A DNA stretch of 64,000 bases from an uncultured bacterium. Its GTDB lineage: Bacteria > Desulfobacterota_D > UBA1144 > Nemesobacterales > UBA2774. This document shows positions 1 to 10,698 of this stretch, piece after piece; position 1 is the stretch's first letter, and each line of letters starts with the position of its first letter. The notes below the pieces were generated by a model. It worked only from the letters and a program-made list of their open reading frames with translations, did not search any database and was not told the DNA's origin. The stretch spans positions 1 to 64,000 of the forward strand of contig CAVPJU010000005.1 of NCBI GenBank assembly GCA_963705505.1, given 5' to 3'. A program made the position numbers and the translations under genes.

Positions 1-147
1 AAAGTTTGGAAGAAGGTTTTTCGCCTATTGTAATTTTAATCTAACGGCATTAATTTTAGTGTCAAGCTTATATTATTTAGAATCAAGATTACATTATAAG
101 ATTTAAAAATATTTGTTCCTATCTCTGATTCGAGGGATTGTGAAATC

Positions 148-3100
148 TTGAGATATACCATTAAAATTGTTGTATCTATACTCGTCGCGATACTCTCAAT
201 CGGCGGCTGCGACGAAAGTAACACGACGAACGAAGGCCCTCTGCCTAAAGACCCCAGTCGGTGGGTGTGTAAGAGCTCGCTTGTACCCCCTACTCAGGAG
301 CAAATTGATGAATTTTGCAGTACGCATTCCGGTGCGGGGCGGGAAGCTCCGCTAAATCTCCAGGACCCTCCTCCGTTGTCTGGCCTCGACGCGAAGAATG
401 AATACGACCTGGCATTCCAGGATTTTCTCGTAGCCAGGGACTATGTGAACGAGCTTGAGTGGTCAGGCGATATGAACTGGAGGTTGACGGGTCCTTATGT
501 CGGAGAAATAGGAAAGGGTCAGAACTACGGCGTGCATCCCGCTGTCAGAATCTACTACTCTCCCGAGGTACTGGAGTGGCTCTGTAACGGCAGAGAGGGC
601 AGCATCCCCGACGGAGCTATGATTATAAAGGAGATGCACTCAATTAACGATAAGCTCGGAATCACCCTCAATAGCGAGGGTTGTATGGTAATTAACAACG
701 ATGTCGAGCCACAGTCCTGGACTGTAATGGTCAAGCAAAGCGGAGCATCATACGACGGCTGGTACTGGGCTTCCTATGCCGTCGTCCCCGATCCTCCCGA
801 TTCCGCATGGGAAATAGGAAACCCTCCGGTATTCGACGCGTCGGGCGTTACGGGAATGGATTTCTTCGAGGATGGTTTAATACCGACAAAACCGAACCCG
901 CTCTGGTATCCGACGGGCTATGTTTACTCGAGCACGAATAAAATTCCGGACGTGGTGTATCCCTACAGCGAATACGGGAATAACTGCATAAACTGCCACG
1001 CTTCGGCAGCGACCGAATCGACATTTACATCGCTCGACAATTTATTGACTCCGGGTATCGAGTATAAACAGTTTCCTTCTAAAGGGACTACCCGGTCTTT
1101 CCACGCTGAGTTTCTCGCCGGCCCGCAGCCGGGGTTAATATCCCTGATTGCGCGAGACTCCGAATCTATAGGCGCTACGGACGTTCCCAGCGGAGCACGG
1201 GACGAGGTCAACGGCTACGTATCGCCCTTTACGACCGCGCTCGAGGAGCCGGAAGCGGAGTACCTGAATTTCTATAATCAGCTCGACGAGGTTTCCTTTA
1301 CTGACGCGTGGTTTCTGCGTCTCCCCGCCGAGACCTACGATCATATAGTGTCGGCTTCGACAAGCCCGGGGCAGTTTATCACGTCGGACCAATGTATCGG
1401 GTGCCATGACGCCACTTACCTGAACGCTGCACAACCCAATATGATACTCGAGCAGGATGTGAGCGGCGGGACGCAGCTTGTTAATCTTTCCCAGTACAGC
1501 GAATGGAGGGCGTCGCCAATGGGGCTTGCGGGCCGCGACCCTATCTTTTTCTCGCAGCTCCAGAGTGAAACGAACAACCTGCCTCAATACACGACGTGCG
1601 TGGAGAGCACGTGCCTTCATTGCCACGGCGTCATGGGACAGCGCCAGTTAGCTATAGATACTCCCGGCCAGGATACGGAGGACTGCAACAGCTTGTTCGC
1701 TGTAGCCCCGCCGGCCGGAGTACCGTCCGGAAAGCCGTTTAGTCTCGATATGGTAACGCAGTGGCCCGATTCCGAGCAGAACGAGTTTCAGGAATACGGG
1801 GCGCTTGCCAGGGACGGTATCTCCTGTACGGTCTGCCATCATATGTCGGATACCGATCTGGGTAATGAAGAAACTTTCACCGGGAATTTTGTCACGGGTC
1901 CTCCCGACGAAGTCTACGGACCCTATCAGGACGACACTATAGTTCCGAAACCGATGCAGCACGCTCTGGGTATAACGCCCGCGTTCAAGGATTATTTTGT
2001 AAGCGGCGACGCGTCCAGCTCGGATACTTGCGGAAGCTGTCACAACATACTGCTCCCGGTTATCACAAATCAGGGCGAGATAATCGGCGCTAGTTACGAG
2101 CAGACCACAAATCTCGAATGGGTAAACAGCGACTTCGCTCCCGGCAAGCCCGGTTTCCTCTCATGCGCGGATTGCCATATGCCTACGACGTTCGACGGAC
2201 AGCATCTGTCGTTTAAAATAGCCAATATCGAATCAAACGGGCTCCCGCCAACTACCGGGCGTCTGCCCGATCAGGATATAACGCTTACCGAGCGTGACGT
2301 ATTCCCCAGACACGCCCTCCACGGCCTTAACCTTTTTATAAACCAGATGTTCCAGCAGTTCCCGATCATCCTGGGCGCGCGTCAGATCGACTACATGACC
2401 GGAACGTCGACCGTTCCCGCTCTGATTACCGGAGCGAATTCCATGATCGATATGGCGCAGAATGAAACGGCCGCTATCGACGTTCAAACGCTCGAAGTCA
2501 CCCCCGAGGGACAACTGAGAGCGGTGGTGAAGGTAACCAATAAAGCCGGTCATTTCCTGCCCTCGGGCGTAAGCTTCAGACGGGTATTTATCGAGTTCCT
2601 GGTGCGTGACGCGGAAGGGAACGTGCTCTGGGCCTCGGGACGGACGAACGAGCTGGGCGCCATAGTTAAAGGTACAACGGAAGAAGTCCTTCCGAGCGAA
2701 GAGCCGGTCGAGAACCCGGACGCTCCGTTCCAGCCTCACTATCAGACAATCACCCGGGACGATGAGGTGCAGATATACCAGGAGCTTATAGAAGATTCGG
2801 AAGGCCATCTCACCACGAGCTTCCTGAGGCGCTTCGACACGGTTAAGGATAACCGCATCAGACCCAGGGGTTATAATCCGGCTTTCTTTCTGACATTCGA
2901 CTCTCCTTACATTCAGGCCCTCGCCGAGACACACGGAGAGGCCGCGCTCGACCCTTATTACACCGACCCCGCACTTACGGGAGCGGACGTGATCGAATAC
3001 CTGGTGCCGCTCGATGAGGCGACGCTCGGCAAGGTCCACGACGTGAAGGTCACTCTTTATAACCAGTCTATACCGCCGTTTTATCTCCAGGAGCGTTTCA

Positions 3101-3258
3101 GTGATGCGAACCGCGGCGCGGGAGAGAAAGATGAGATAGAGCGTCTTCAATACCTGACGAGCCACCTGAACGTTGACCAGGTAGCGGACAGCGATGGGAA
3201 TAAGGTTATGAAGGACTGGAAGCTGTTTATAACCAGTGCTACCGCCGCGCTCGAGTAG
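148..3258 (+). CDS. Large multiheme cytochrome c lipoprotein with N-terminal cytochrome P460-like domain
   Basis: Lipobox LSIGGC; six CxxCH motifs (CINCH, CIGCH, CLHCH, CTVCH, CGSCH, CADCH); P460-like segment PDGAMIIKEM..WTVMVK..GWYW. Confidence 0.8.
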   Translation: MRYTIKIVVSILVAILSIGGCDESNTTNEGPLPKDPSRWVCKSSLVPPTQEQIDEFCSTHSGAGREAPLNLQDPPPLSGLDAKNEYDLAFQDFLVARDYVNELEWSGDMNWRLTGPYVGEIGKGQNYGVHPAVRIYYSPEVLEWLCNGREGSIPDGAMIIKEMHSINDKLGITLNSEGCMVINNDVEPQSWTVMVKQSGASYDGWYWASYAVVPDPPDSAWEIGNPPVFDASGVTGMDFFEDGLIPTKPNPLWYPTGYVYSSTNKIPDVVYPYSEYGNNCINCHASAATESTFTSLDNLLTPGIEYKQFPSKGTTRSFHAEFLAGPQPGLISLIARDSESIGATDVPSGARDEVNGYVSPFTTALEEPEAEYLNFYNQLDEVSFTDAWFLRLPAETYDHIVSASTSPGQFITSDQCIGCHDATYLNAAQPNMILEQDVSGGTQLVNLSQYSEWRASPMGLAGRDPIFFSQLQSETNNLPQYTTCVESTCLHCHGVMGQRQLAIDTPGQDTEDCNSLFAVAPPAGVPSGKPFSLDMVTQWPDSEQNEFQEYGALARDGISCTVCHHMSDTDLGNEETFTGNFVTGPPDEVYGPYQDDTIVPKPMQHALGITPAFKDYFVSGDASSSDTCGSCHNILLPVITNQGEIIGASYEQTTNLEWVNSDFAPGKPGFLSCADCHMPTTFDGQHLSFKIANIESNGLPPTTGRLPDQDITLTERDVFPRHALHGLNLFINQMFQQFPIILGARQIDYMTGTSTVPALITGANSMIDMAQNETAAIDVQTLEVTPEGQLRAVVKVTNKAGHFLPSGVSFRRVFIEFLVRDAEGNVLWASGRTNELGAIVKGTTEEVLPSEEPVENPDAPFQPHYQTITRDDEVQIYQELIEDSEGHLTTSFLRRFDTVKDNRIRPRGYNPAFFLTFDSPYIQALAETHGEAALDPYYTDPALTGADVIEYLVPLDEATLGKVHDVKVTLYNQSIPPFYLQERFSDANRGAGEKDEIERLQYLTSHLNVDQVADSDGNKVMKDWKLFITSATAALE

Positions 3259-3261
3259 AGC

Positions 3262-3637
3262 TTTTCTACTTTTCCCTGATACAAAGAAGCACACACGCAG
3301 TGTGTTTCATGAAAAGACGAATAAACAGAAAGGCAAATATATTTCTCTTCTTTTCCTTGATGAAAAGAAGCAAAAATCACTCGACAGCACAGAATTAGCT
3401 AAAAATATCTCGTTAATGCTAAAATGTTTTAATTCCCCCAAGCCCTGAAAGAAAAAGACAAGGCGAAGATGATTTCTTCTTTGTCTTGATACAAAGAAGC
3501 AAAAATCAAGACTACACAGAATGTGGCTAAAAACAGGCTATCTCGACTAAAATCTTTTAATTCAGCCCGCACCCCTAAAAGATTTTTACGTCTCGATAGT
3601 CTGTTTTCTTAACGCCAATTCTGTGAATGTCGGGGAA
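3262..3637 (+). repeat. Composite intergenic element, copy 1 (partial unit plus full unit, empty apex loop)
   Basis: TTCTTTTCCTTGATGAAAAGAAGCAAAAATCA..CACAGAAT..CTAAAAA..TTTTCTTAACGCCAATTCTGTGAATGTCGGGG. Confidence 0.9.
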
Positions 3638-3685
3638 AGGCATTCGGGATTGATTGGGGTATGGAGGTAAACCCCCCACCCGAAC

Positions 3686-3777
3686 TATATTGGCTCAGGT
3701 AACCTAGAGCCAGGAGTTAAGGTGTGATGTACTCCTTGTTGGGGGTGCAACCGATTCCTTACTTGTTCGGAATCGTT
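3686..3777 (+). mobile_element. 92-nt structured cassette inside a CCCCACCC..CCCTCCCC..GGGGAGGG hairpin
   Basis: Empty version of the host hairpin at ~57200-57243; near-identical filled copy at 15646-15737. Confidence 0.7.
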
Positions 3778-4186
3778 CCCCACTTTAGAAAGGGGGGAGG
3801 GAAATTTATATGCTGGCGCTTGCCCGGCGCCGATTCTGTGATGTCGGGGAAAAAAGACTGGATTCCCGATTTCTCGGGAATTACAAGTATATTAAGGCAT
3901 ATACTCACCCGCTCGTGATCGTTCCATCCGGGGAGAGGGAAATAGTTTCAAAGTTTAGATGGCCACCCCTTTTACATGCGCATATCTTGCTCCGCGGCCT
4001 ACCCGCAGGGACCGGCATATTTCAGCTTATATATTTTCCCCATTACCGCGATATTATAGGGTAGACTTAAATGATTCGTGCTGTCACCATGGCAATACTT
4101 ATTCTAAAATCTTAATTCTGAAGAAATATCGGAACAGAAACGGCGAAGGAAATGGGCGTGTGAATACGTATCAATGATTCAGGGCC

Positions 4187-5392
4187 ATGGATAAAAATAG
4201 TATCTCGAAGAAGATAAGGTACCTCCCGGGTAAGCTGCGTATGCCTCGCCTGCCGAACCCAGGCATCCTGAGGATCGCATACAAACTTCTGGTGAACGAC
4301 AAGGGGAAATTCGCGGCGCTCATTATGGGCATGACGTTCGCCGTCTTCCTGATGAACATGATGACGTCGCTTTTCTCGGGCGTCCTGCACAGGTCGTCCT
4401 CGACAATGATCAACATAGGAGCCGAGATATGGGTAATGGACCCTTCGGTTAATAACCCGTTAAACAGCATCCCGCTCCCCGATTACGTGCTCGACGCGGT
4501 GAGGAGCATAAACGGGGTTAAATACGCCGTACCGTTGTATACGGGCGGTGCTTTGGTGAAGCTCCAGGACGGCACATATCAGTCGGTTACCGTCATGGGC
4601 CTCGACGATACGAGTCTATTCGGGAGGCCCGAGCTGATAGAGGGCAACATCGACGACATATACGCTGAAAACGCATTCATCGTCGTCAAGGACGCGGAAT
4701 ACGCCAAGCTCGATTACCCGAAGCTCGGGACCGTGTTCGAGGTGAACGACCACAGGGGAGTCGTCGTCGGCCTCGCCAAGGCGACCACGGGCGGACTGTT
4801 CGGGAGCCCGACCCTGTATACGACGTACAAGAGGGCCGTCCAGTATTTGCCTAACACGAGATACACGACTTCGTACATACTCGTCGAGCCGAAGGACGAA
4901 GCCTCGGTAAAGCAGATTAAAGAAGAGGTTGCGAAGCTCGGATACCGCGCGGAGACGAAGGACGAGCTTATCCAGAGGATCGCCACTTACTACAAATACA
5001 AAACGGGGATCGGCACGAATATACTGATAATGACCGTGATAAGCTTCATCGTCGGACTCTCCATCTCGGGGCAGACATTTTATACGTTCGTGCTTGAGAA
5101 TATGGAGAAGTTCGGGGCGCTCAAGGCCATAGGGGCGAAAGGCTCCGAGCTCATATACATGATCCTCTTCCAGGCGTCGCTCACGAGCCTGACGGGCTAC
5201 GGGATAGGCATCGGCTCGAGCACTCTCCTCATCATGATCGCGAAGATGAGGCTGCCTTCGTACGCGTCGATCATAACGTACTCGAACCTCGGACGCGCCT
5301 TCGTGATGATGCTCATAATCGCCGGCATCTCGAGCTACATAGGCGTGAGGAAAGTAATAAAGATAGAACCGTTCGATATATTCAGGGGTTAA
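4187..5392 (+). CDS. ABC transporter permease (DevC/FtsX-like)
   Basis: N-terminal TM, periplasmic domain, FGALKAIGA motif, three C-terminal TMs. Confidence 0.9.
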   Translation: MDKNSISKKIRYLPGKLRMPRLPNPGILRIAYKLLVNDKGKFAALIMGMTFAVFLMNMMTSLFSGVLHRSSSTMINIGAEIWVMDPSVNNPLNSIPLPDYVLDAVRSINGVKYAVPLYTGGALVKLQDGTYQSVTVMGLDDTSLFGRPELIEGNIDDIYAENAFIVVKDAEYAKLDYPKLGTVFEVNDHRGVVVGLAKATTGGLFGSPTLYTTYKRAVQYLPNTRYTTSYILVEPKDEASVKQIKEEVAKLGYRAETKDELIQRIATYYKYKTGIGTNILIMTVISFIVGLSISGQTFYTFVLENMEKFGALKAIGAKGSELIYMILFQASLTSLTGYGIGIGSSTLLIMIAKMRLPSYASIITYSNLGRAFVMMLIIAGISSYIGVRKVIKIEPFDIFRG

Positions 5393-5393
5393 C

Positions 5394-6098
5394 ATGGCGA
5401 ATCTGGCTATTGCTGCCGACGGGCTTATCAAATGGTTTGGGGAAGGAGACGCACAGACCTACGCAGTGAGAGGCGTGAGCTTCGAGGCGCACTTCGGGGA
5501 AATGCTCTATATAGAAGGGCCTTCCGGGAGCGGAAAGACTACGCTGCTGAGCATCATCTCGGGTATCCTCCGGCCTAACTCGGGCTCGGTCAAGGTCAGG
5601 GGCACGGATATCTGGAATCTCACGAGCGACGAGCTCGCGGATTTCAGGCTGAACACAATCGGGTTCGTCTTTCAGGACTATCACCTCTTTCCGCGGCTGA
5701 CCACGGTTGAGAACGTGGCCATTCCGCTCATACTGAAAAAACGCGACTGGAACGAATCCATGAAGCTGTCCATGGAATACCTTGAAATAGTGGGGCTTAA
5801 AGACAGGGCGAGCCTGCCCCCGTTCAAGCTGAGCGGCGGAGAGCAGCAGCGCGTCGCCATAGCGAGAGCGATCGTCGGGCATCCGGATATCCTGATATTC
5901 GACGAGCCGACGGCTTCGCTCGACGGAGACACGGGGAGAAAGATCGTGGATTTCGTGAAGAAAAATATACTGGATGAAAGCAGGTGCATCGTGATCGTTA
6001 CACACGACAGCAGGATATCCGAGTATGCGGACAGGATAATCAGGATCGAGGACGGACATATTATCGGAATCGAAAACGGAGGTCAGAGTGAGGAATAG
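5394..6098 (+). CDS. ABC transporter ATP-binding protein
   Basis: Walker A GPSGSGKT, LSGGEQQRVAIARA, DEPT, VTHD. Confidence 0.95.
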   Translation: MANLAIAADGLIKWFGEGDAQTYAVRGVSFEAHFGEMLYIEGPSGSGKTTLLSIISGILRPNSGSVKVRGTDIWNLTSDELADFRLNTIGFVFQDYHLFPRLTTVENVAIPLILKKRDWNESMKLSMEYLEIVGLKDRASLPPFKLSGGEQQRVAIARAIVGHPDILIFDEPTASLDGDTGRKIVDFVKKNILDESRCIVIVTHDSRISEYADRIIRIEDGHIIGIENGGQSEE

Positions 6099-7192
6099 GG
6101 TTATATTCGCGATCGCGATCGTAGGCATACTAGCCGGACTCGTGACCGCGTACATTCAAGGGAGAGAGAAAAAGGCGCTCCCGCCCGTATATGCGCCGGC
6201 GTCGAATCCGTACGGGAAAGGCATTTACGCTAACGGCATCGTCGAGAGCTACCAGACGAGCGGTGAAAACATAAATATATACCCCGAGGTTTCAGGTACG
6301 GTCGTGAAAATCCCCGTCACCGAAGGAGAGCACGTGCCCAAAGGGACTCCGCTTCTGATCATGGACGACTCCGTTCAGAGGGCTGTCGCGCTCCAGCAGA
6401 AAGCCCAGGCGGAATCCGCGAAGGCGATCCTCGAAGAGCTTAAAGCGCAGCCGAGGAAAGAGAACCTCGATGTAGCGAAGGCGCAGGTAGATTATGCGAG
6501 CGCCAACGTCAAGAACACGGAAGACCAGCTCGACAAACAGAAGCAATCGTTTCAGCTGAACCCGAAATCCGTCAGCAAGTATGCTCTAGACAACGCGGAG
6601 AACGCAGTGAAAGTAGCGAAGGCGAACCTCGAGGTCGCTCAGAAGCAGTATGAGCTCACCAAGGCAGGCGCATGGGTTTACGACATAAAAAACCAGGAGA
6701 ACCAGTACGAGGCCCTCTCGAAAGGCATACGAGGCCTCGAGCGCGCTGCTCGACAAGTACACGCTGAAAGCTCCCGTCGATGGTGTGGTCTTATCCGTCA
6801 GCGCCACTCCCGGAAGCTATATTTCGGCGCAGGGGACTTACGACTCGTACACCAGGGGATTTAACCCGGTGATTATGCTAGGCTCAGACCATCCGTACCT
6901 GAGCGTGCGCTGTTACATAGACGAAATACTTATCCACAGGCTCCCTGATCCGCAGGACATCAAGGCGAAGATGTTTATACGGGGGACGGACATAAGCGTC
7001 CCGCTCGAATTCGTGCGCGTACAGCCTTACGTATCTCCAAAGATAGAATTGTCCGACCAGAGGACGGAAAGGGTCGACGTGAGAGTGCTGCCTGTCATAT
7101 TCAGCTTCGAGAAACCTAAAGATACGGAAATTTATCCGGGACAGCTTGTTGACGTTTATATCGAGGAGCCTCAGGCGGAAAACAATAAATAA
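6088..7192 (+). pseudogene. HlyD-family membrane fusion protein, split by a +1 frameshift near 6721 (pseudogene or sequencing error)
   Basis: Lipoyl-like segment EVSGTVVKIPVTEGEHVPKGTPLL; removing one A from TCGAAAGGCA gives ALSKAYEASSALLDKYTLKAPVDGVV and joins ORF 6785-7192. Confidence 0.85.
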
Positions 7193-7228
7193 CGCCCGGC
7201 CCCGTCCGGAGGCCTGATCGGACAGACT

Positions 7229-8773
7229 ATGTTCAATGTAAAGAAAAACCGCGATGAAGGAATTATAGAAGATGACGAGAGCCGCAGGACATCAATGTTT
7301 ATAAGGCGTGTATCGGTGCTGCTATGCCTGATTTATCCGTTATACATGGCGGGCTGCGCGGTCGGGCCGAATTTCAAAGAGCCCGAACCGCCTCCCGTGG
7401 ACCGCTATACGAGCGGCGAGCAGCCGTCGTCGACTATCACGGCCGAGGGCCAAACGCAGCGTTTCGATGAGGCGGTCAAGCTCAATGCGGATTGGTGGCG
7501 TCTCTTTAATTCCTCGAAACTGGACGGAGTGATGAAAGACGCCTTCGCGGGCAATCAAACGCTCAAGTCGGCCGAGGCGAGCCTCCGTCAGAGCCAGGAT
7601 AACCTCCGCGCGGGCTACGGTGTTTTCCTTCCCCAGGTGGACGCGGGCGCGAGTGCATCGAGGCAGAAGTCTTCACCCCTTAGTTTCAGCGGCAATACCT
7701 CGAGCAGCATATTCAATCTCTATTCGCTCGCGGGGACGGTCAGTTACGCGCTCGACGTCTTCGGCGGCGAGCGCCGGGCGGTCGAGAGCCTGCAGGCGCA
7801 GGTCGATGTCGAGCGCTATACGGTCGTGGGCGCATACCTCACGCTCTCGGGGAATATAGTCAACACGATTATAGCCCAGGCCGCTTACCGGGAGCAGATT
7901 AAGGCGACGGAGGAGACGGTGAAGCTCGAGCAGGAGCAGGTCGATATCGGTAAAGCGCAGGCCGAGGCGGGCATTATTCCCTATTCTAACGTGCTCAGCC
8001 TGGAGAGCCAGCTATCGGCGACCGAGGCGAACCTACCAATACTAAAGCAGCAGCTGAGCCAGGCCGATCACCTGCTCGCCACGCTGTCCGGACGCACGCC
8101 GGCCGAGTGGAACCCGCCCGATGTGGAATTAGCCGACCTCAAGCTGCCTTCGGACCTGCCGCTGTCGCTGCCGTCGGACCTCGTCCGCCAGCGCCCCGAT
8201 ATACTCGCATCGGAATCTCAGCTGCACAGCGCGAGCGCGGGGATAGGGGTCGCCACTGCGGCTCTCTTTCCCAACTTCACTCTGAACGGGAATTACGGTT
8301 TTAACAGCACCAAGCTCGAGAACCTCTCTAAAAACGCGGTCAGCCTCTGGAGCATCGGGGCGGATATCGTAGCTCCGATATTTCACGGCGGGACATTATG
8401 GTACCAGCGGCGGGCCGCGATAGAAGCCTATAACCAGTCCCTGGCTGATTACCGTGAGACCGTGCTGAGCTCTTTTGAGCAGGTCGCCGATACTCTCCGC
8501 GCGCTCGAGCACGACGCCGAGACGCTGAAGGCTCAATCGGATGCGATGCAGCAGGCGGACGAAGCCCTCAGGCTCATTCAGGCGAATTACCAGGCCGGGA
8601 TCGTCGATTATCTGCAGGTCCTGATAGCGAACTACCAGTACTATCAGGCCAGGATCAGCTATATACAGGCGGTTGCACAGCGGCTCCAGGACACGGTCGC
8701 TTTCTATGTCGCGCTTGGAGGCGGCTGGTGGAATGCGGATCAGAGCTCCCCTGTGGCGCAGGTGCCGAAGTAG
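7229..8773 (+). CDS. NodT/OprM-family outer membrane efflux lipoprotein
   Basis: AGCAVGP lipobox, WW..F motif, RPDI, C-terminal ALGGGW; true start may be ~7295. Confidence 0.92.
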   Translation: MFNVKKNRDEGIIEDDESRRTSMFIRRVSVLLCLIYPLYMAGCAVGPNFKEPEPPPVDRYTSGEQPSSTITAEGQTQRFDEAVKLNADWWRLFNSSKLDGVMKDAFAGNQTLKSAEASLRQSQDNLRAGYGVFLPQVDAGASASRQKSSPLSFSGNTSSSIFNLYSLAGTVSYALDVFGGERRAVESLQAQVDVERYTVVGAYLTLSGNIVNTIIAQAAYREQIKATEETVKLEQEQVDIGKAQAEAGIIPYSNVLSLESQLSATEANLPILKQQLSQADHLLATLSGRTPAEWNPPDVELADLKLPSDLPLSLPSDLVRQRPDILASESQLHSASAGIGVATAALFPNFTLNGNYGFNSTKLENLSKNAVSLWSIGADIVAPIFHGGTLWYQRRAAIEAYNQSLADYRETVLSSFEQVADTLRALEHDAETLKAQSDAMQQADEALRLIQANYQAGIVDYLQVLIANYQYYQARISYIQAVAQRLQDTVAFYVALGGGWWNADQSSPVAQVPK

Positions 8774-8811
8774 GACATCCGTGCTTACGTTCGTTCGCTA
8801 CGCTTGAGACG

Positions 8812-9023
8812 CGGATAAAAGAGAAGGCAAAACGTATTTTCTTCTTTTCCTTGATGAAAAGAAGCAAAAATCGCGCACATAGTGTACTCTATGAAAGACA
8901 GCACAGAATGTAGCTAAAAATATCTTCTTAAGGCTAAAATGTTTTAATTCCACCCACATCCCTAAAACATTTTTACGCCTTAGTAATCTATTTTTTTAAC
9001 GCCAATTCTGTGAATGTCGGGGA
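8812..9023 (+). repeat. Composite intergenic element, copy 2 (empty apex)
   Basis: Same modules as copy 1; REP-like hairpins continue to ~9252. Confidence 0.9.
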
Positions 9024-9266
9024 AAGGAAAGGCAAAAGATACGATTTCTCGTGGGCACTCGAAATGACAGATAAAAAACGAGGACTGTATAAATCCTCCC
9101 CGGCCCTCCTTTTTCTAAGGAGGGGAATGATGGGAGAATCAAAGTAACACCCCCATCCTTCACCTTCCCCCTTGTTAAGGGGAAGGAAATAAATCGGCCC
9201 TTCGATCATTCGATTTCGCTCAGGACAGGCTCACTGCTCAGGGCGAACGGGTCTAAAGACGCCTAT

Positions 9267-10112
9267 TTACGCCGCATGTGTGAGTTTAACGTATTTATCC
9301 AGAACGGGCAGTACGGCGTCCTTCTCGCCGGGCGGAACGGCGAACACCATTCGTCCGACTCCGGCGTTCGTCAAATCGTCCACCATTTCCCGGTTCGGAC
9401 TTCCGTAGATAACGAATGTGACGGATATTTCTTCAGGGTCGCGGCCTGCCGCTTGAGCCTTCGCGCGGAGCTCCCGGATTTTCCCGGGCATCGTTTTGGG
9501 ATCGACTCCTGCGGGCAGCCATCCGTCGCAGAACTCCACGACGCGGTCGAATGTCGTAGGCCCCGCGCCGCCCATAAGGACCGGGGGGTGCGGTTTCTGG
9601 AGCGGTTTCGGATAAGACCATATCTTGTCGAAATCCACGAACTCCCCGTGAAATTCGGCCTCCTCTTTGGTCCATATCTCCTTCATTGCGAGGACGCGCT
9701 CGCGCAGCACCCGCCACCTTTTTTTGAAATCCGTGCCGTGGTTCCCCATCTCCTCAGCATTCCACCCTCCGCCTATACCGAATATAAAGCGCCCGCCCGA
9801 CAGCGTGTCGAGGCTCGCGACTTCTTTCGCGGTGATAATGGGGTCGCGCTCTATTATCAAGCAGATTCCGCTCGCAATACGTAAACGGCTCGTGGCCGTC
9901 GCGGCCGCGGTGAGGGCGACGAAAAGGTCATATGTGTGCCAGTAATGTTTCGGCAGCTCGCCGCCTCCGGGAGCGGGGCTCCGTCTGCTTACCGGGATGT
10001 GGGTATGCTCGGGCATCCACAGAGATTCGAAACCGCGGTCTTCGACCTCGCGGGCCAAATCCGCCGGGGGAATGGCGTAATCCGTGGGGAACATGGAGAT
10101 TCCGAATTTCAT
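9267..10112 (-). CDS. LLM-class F420-dependent oxidoreductase
   Basis: GFESLWMPEHTHIP, SLDTLSGGRFIFGIGGGW, PKPLQKPHPP. Confidence 0.9.
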   Translation of the reverse strand: MKFGISMFPTDYAIPPADLAREVEDRGFESLWMPEHTHIPVSRRSPAPGGGELPKHYWHTYDLFVALTAAATATSRLRIASGICLIIERDPIITAKEVASLDTLSGGRFIFGIGGGWNAEEMGNHGTDFKKRWRVLRERVLAMKEIWTKEEAEFHGEFVDFDKIWSYPKPLQKPHPPVLMGGAGPTTFDRVVEFCDGWLPAGVDPKTMPGKIRELRAKAQAAGRDPEEISVTFVIYGSPNREMVDDLTNAGVGRMVFAVPPGEKDAVLPVLDKYVKLTHAA

Positions 10113-10274
10113 ATGATCGCTCCTCGAATAATCGTTCTTTTAAATAATAGTATGTATTGTACGGTGTTAAAGCGCCAGAGCAGTGAAGGGTTGATGAGGG
10201 ATTTACGGCGGACGGGCTCTGCTGCGTGAATGGAGAGAAGCGGGATGCAGGGTGACCTTCGACCCTTCGACTGC

Positions 10275-10495
10275 ACAGACACATAGTATGGTCTTTCGAA
10301 AAGACGGATAAAAGAGAAGGCAAAAGTATTTTCTTCTTTTCCTTGATGAAAAGAAGCAAAAATCATCCGACAGCACAGAATTGGGCTAAAAACAGATTAT
10401 CTCGGCTAAAATCTTTTAATTCAGCCCGCACCCCTAAAAGATTTTTACGTCTCGATACTCTGTTTTCTTAACGCCAATTCTGTGAATGTCGGGGG
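10275..10495 (+). repeat. Composite intergenic element, copy 3 (empty apex)
   Basis: Same modules. Confidence 0.9.
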
Positions 10496-10698
10496 AAGAA
10501 ACGACTTTCTGGATTGATATCGGTACTAGGGTAAACCCCCACCCAAACCCTCCCCCGTTAGGGGGAAGGAAGTTCATATGAAGGGGAGCGGGGATTGTAG
10601 AAGCCGCTGCCTGTGCCGGGGTGACGAAAAGGAAAAAAACGACTCGCAAATTCCACGGAATCCGGCATAATTATCAAGAGATTTTTGGAGGGTGATAA

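Noticed and set aside
3686..3777. Integron attC sites (AAC..GTT ends)
   Set aside because: No GTTRRRY core, no single long attC-type hairpin, no gene-cassette array and no intI.
8812..9023. Composite element as simple Rho-independent terminators
   Set aside because: It occurs in divergent gaps too, with fixed strand orientation, and is far more complex than a terminator.
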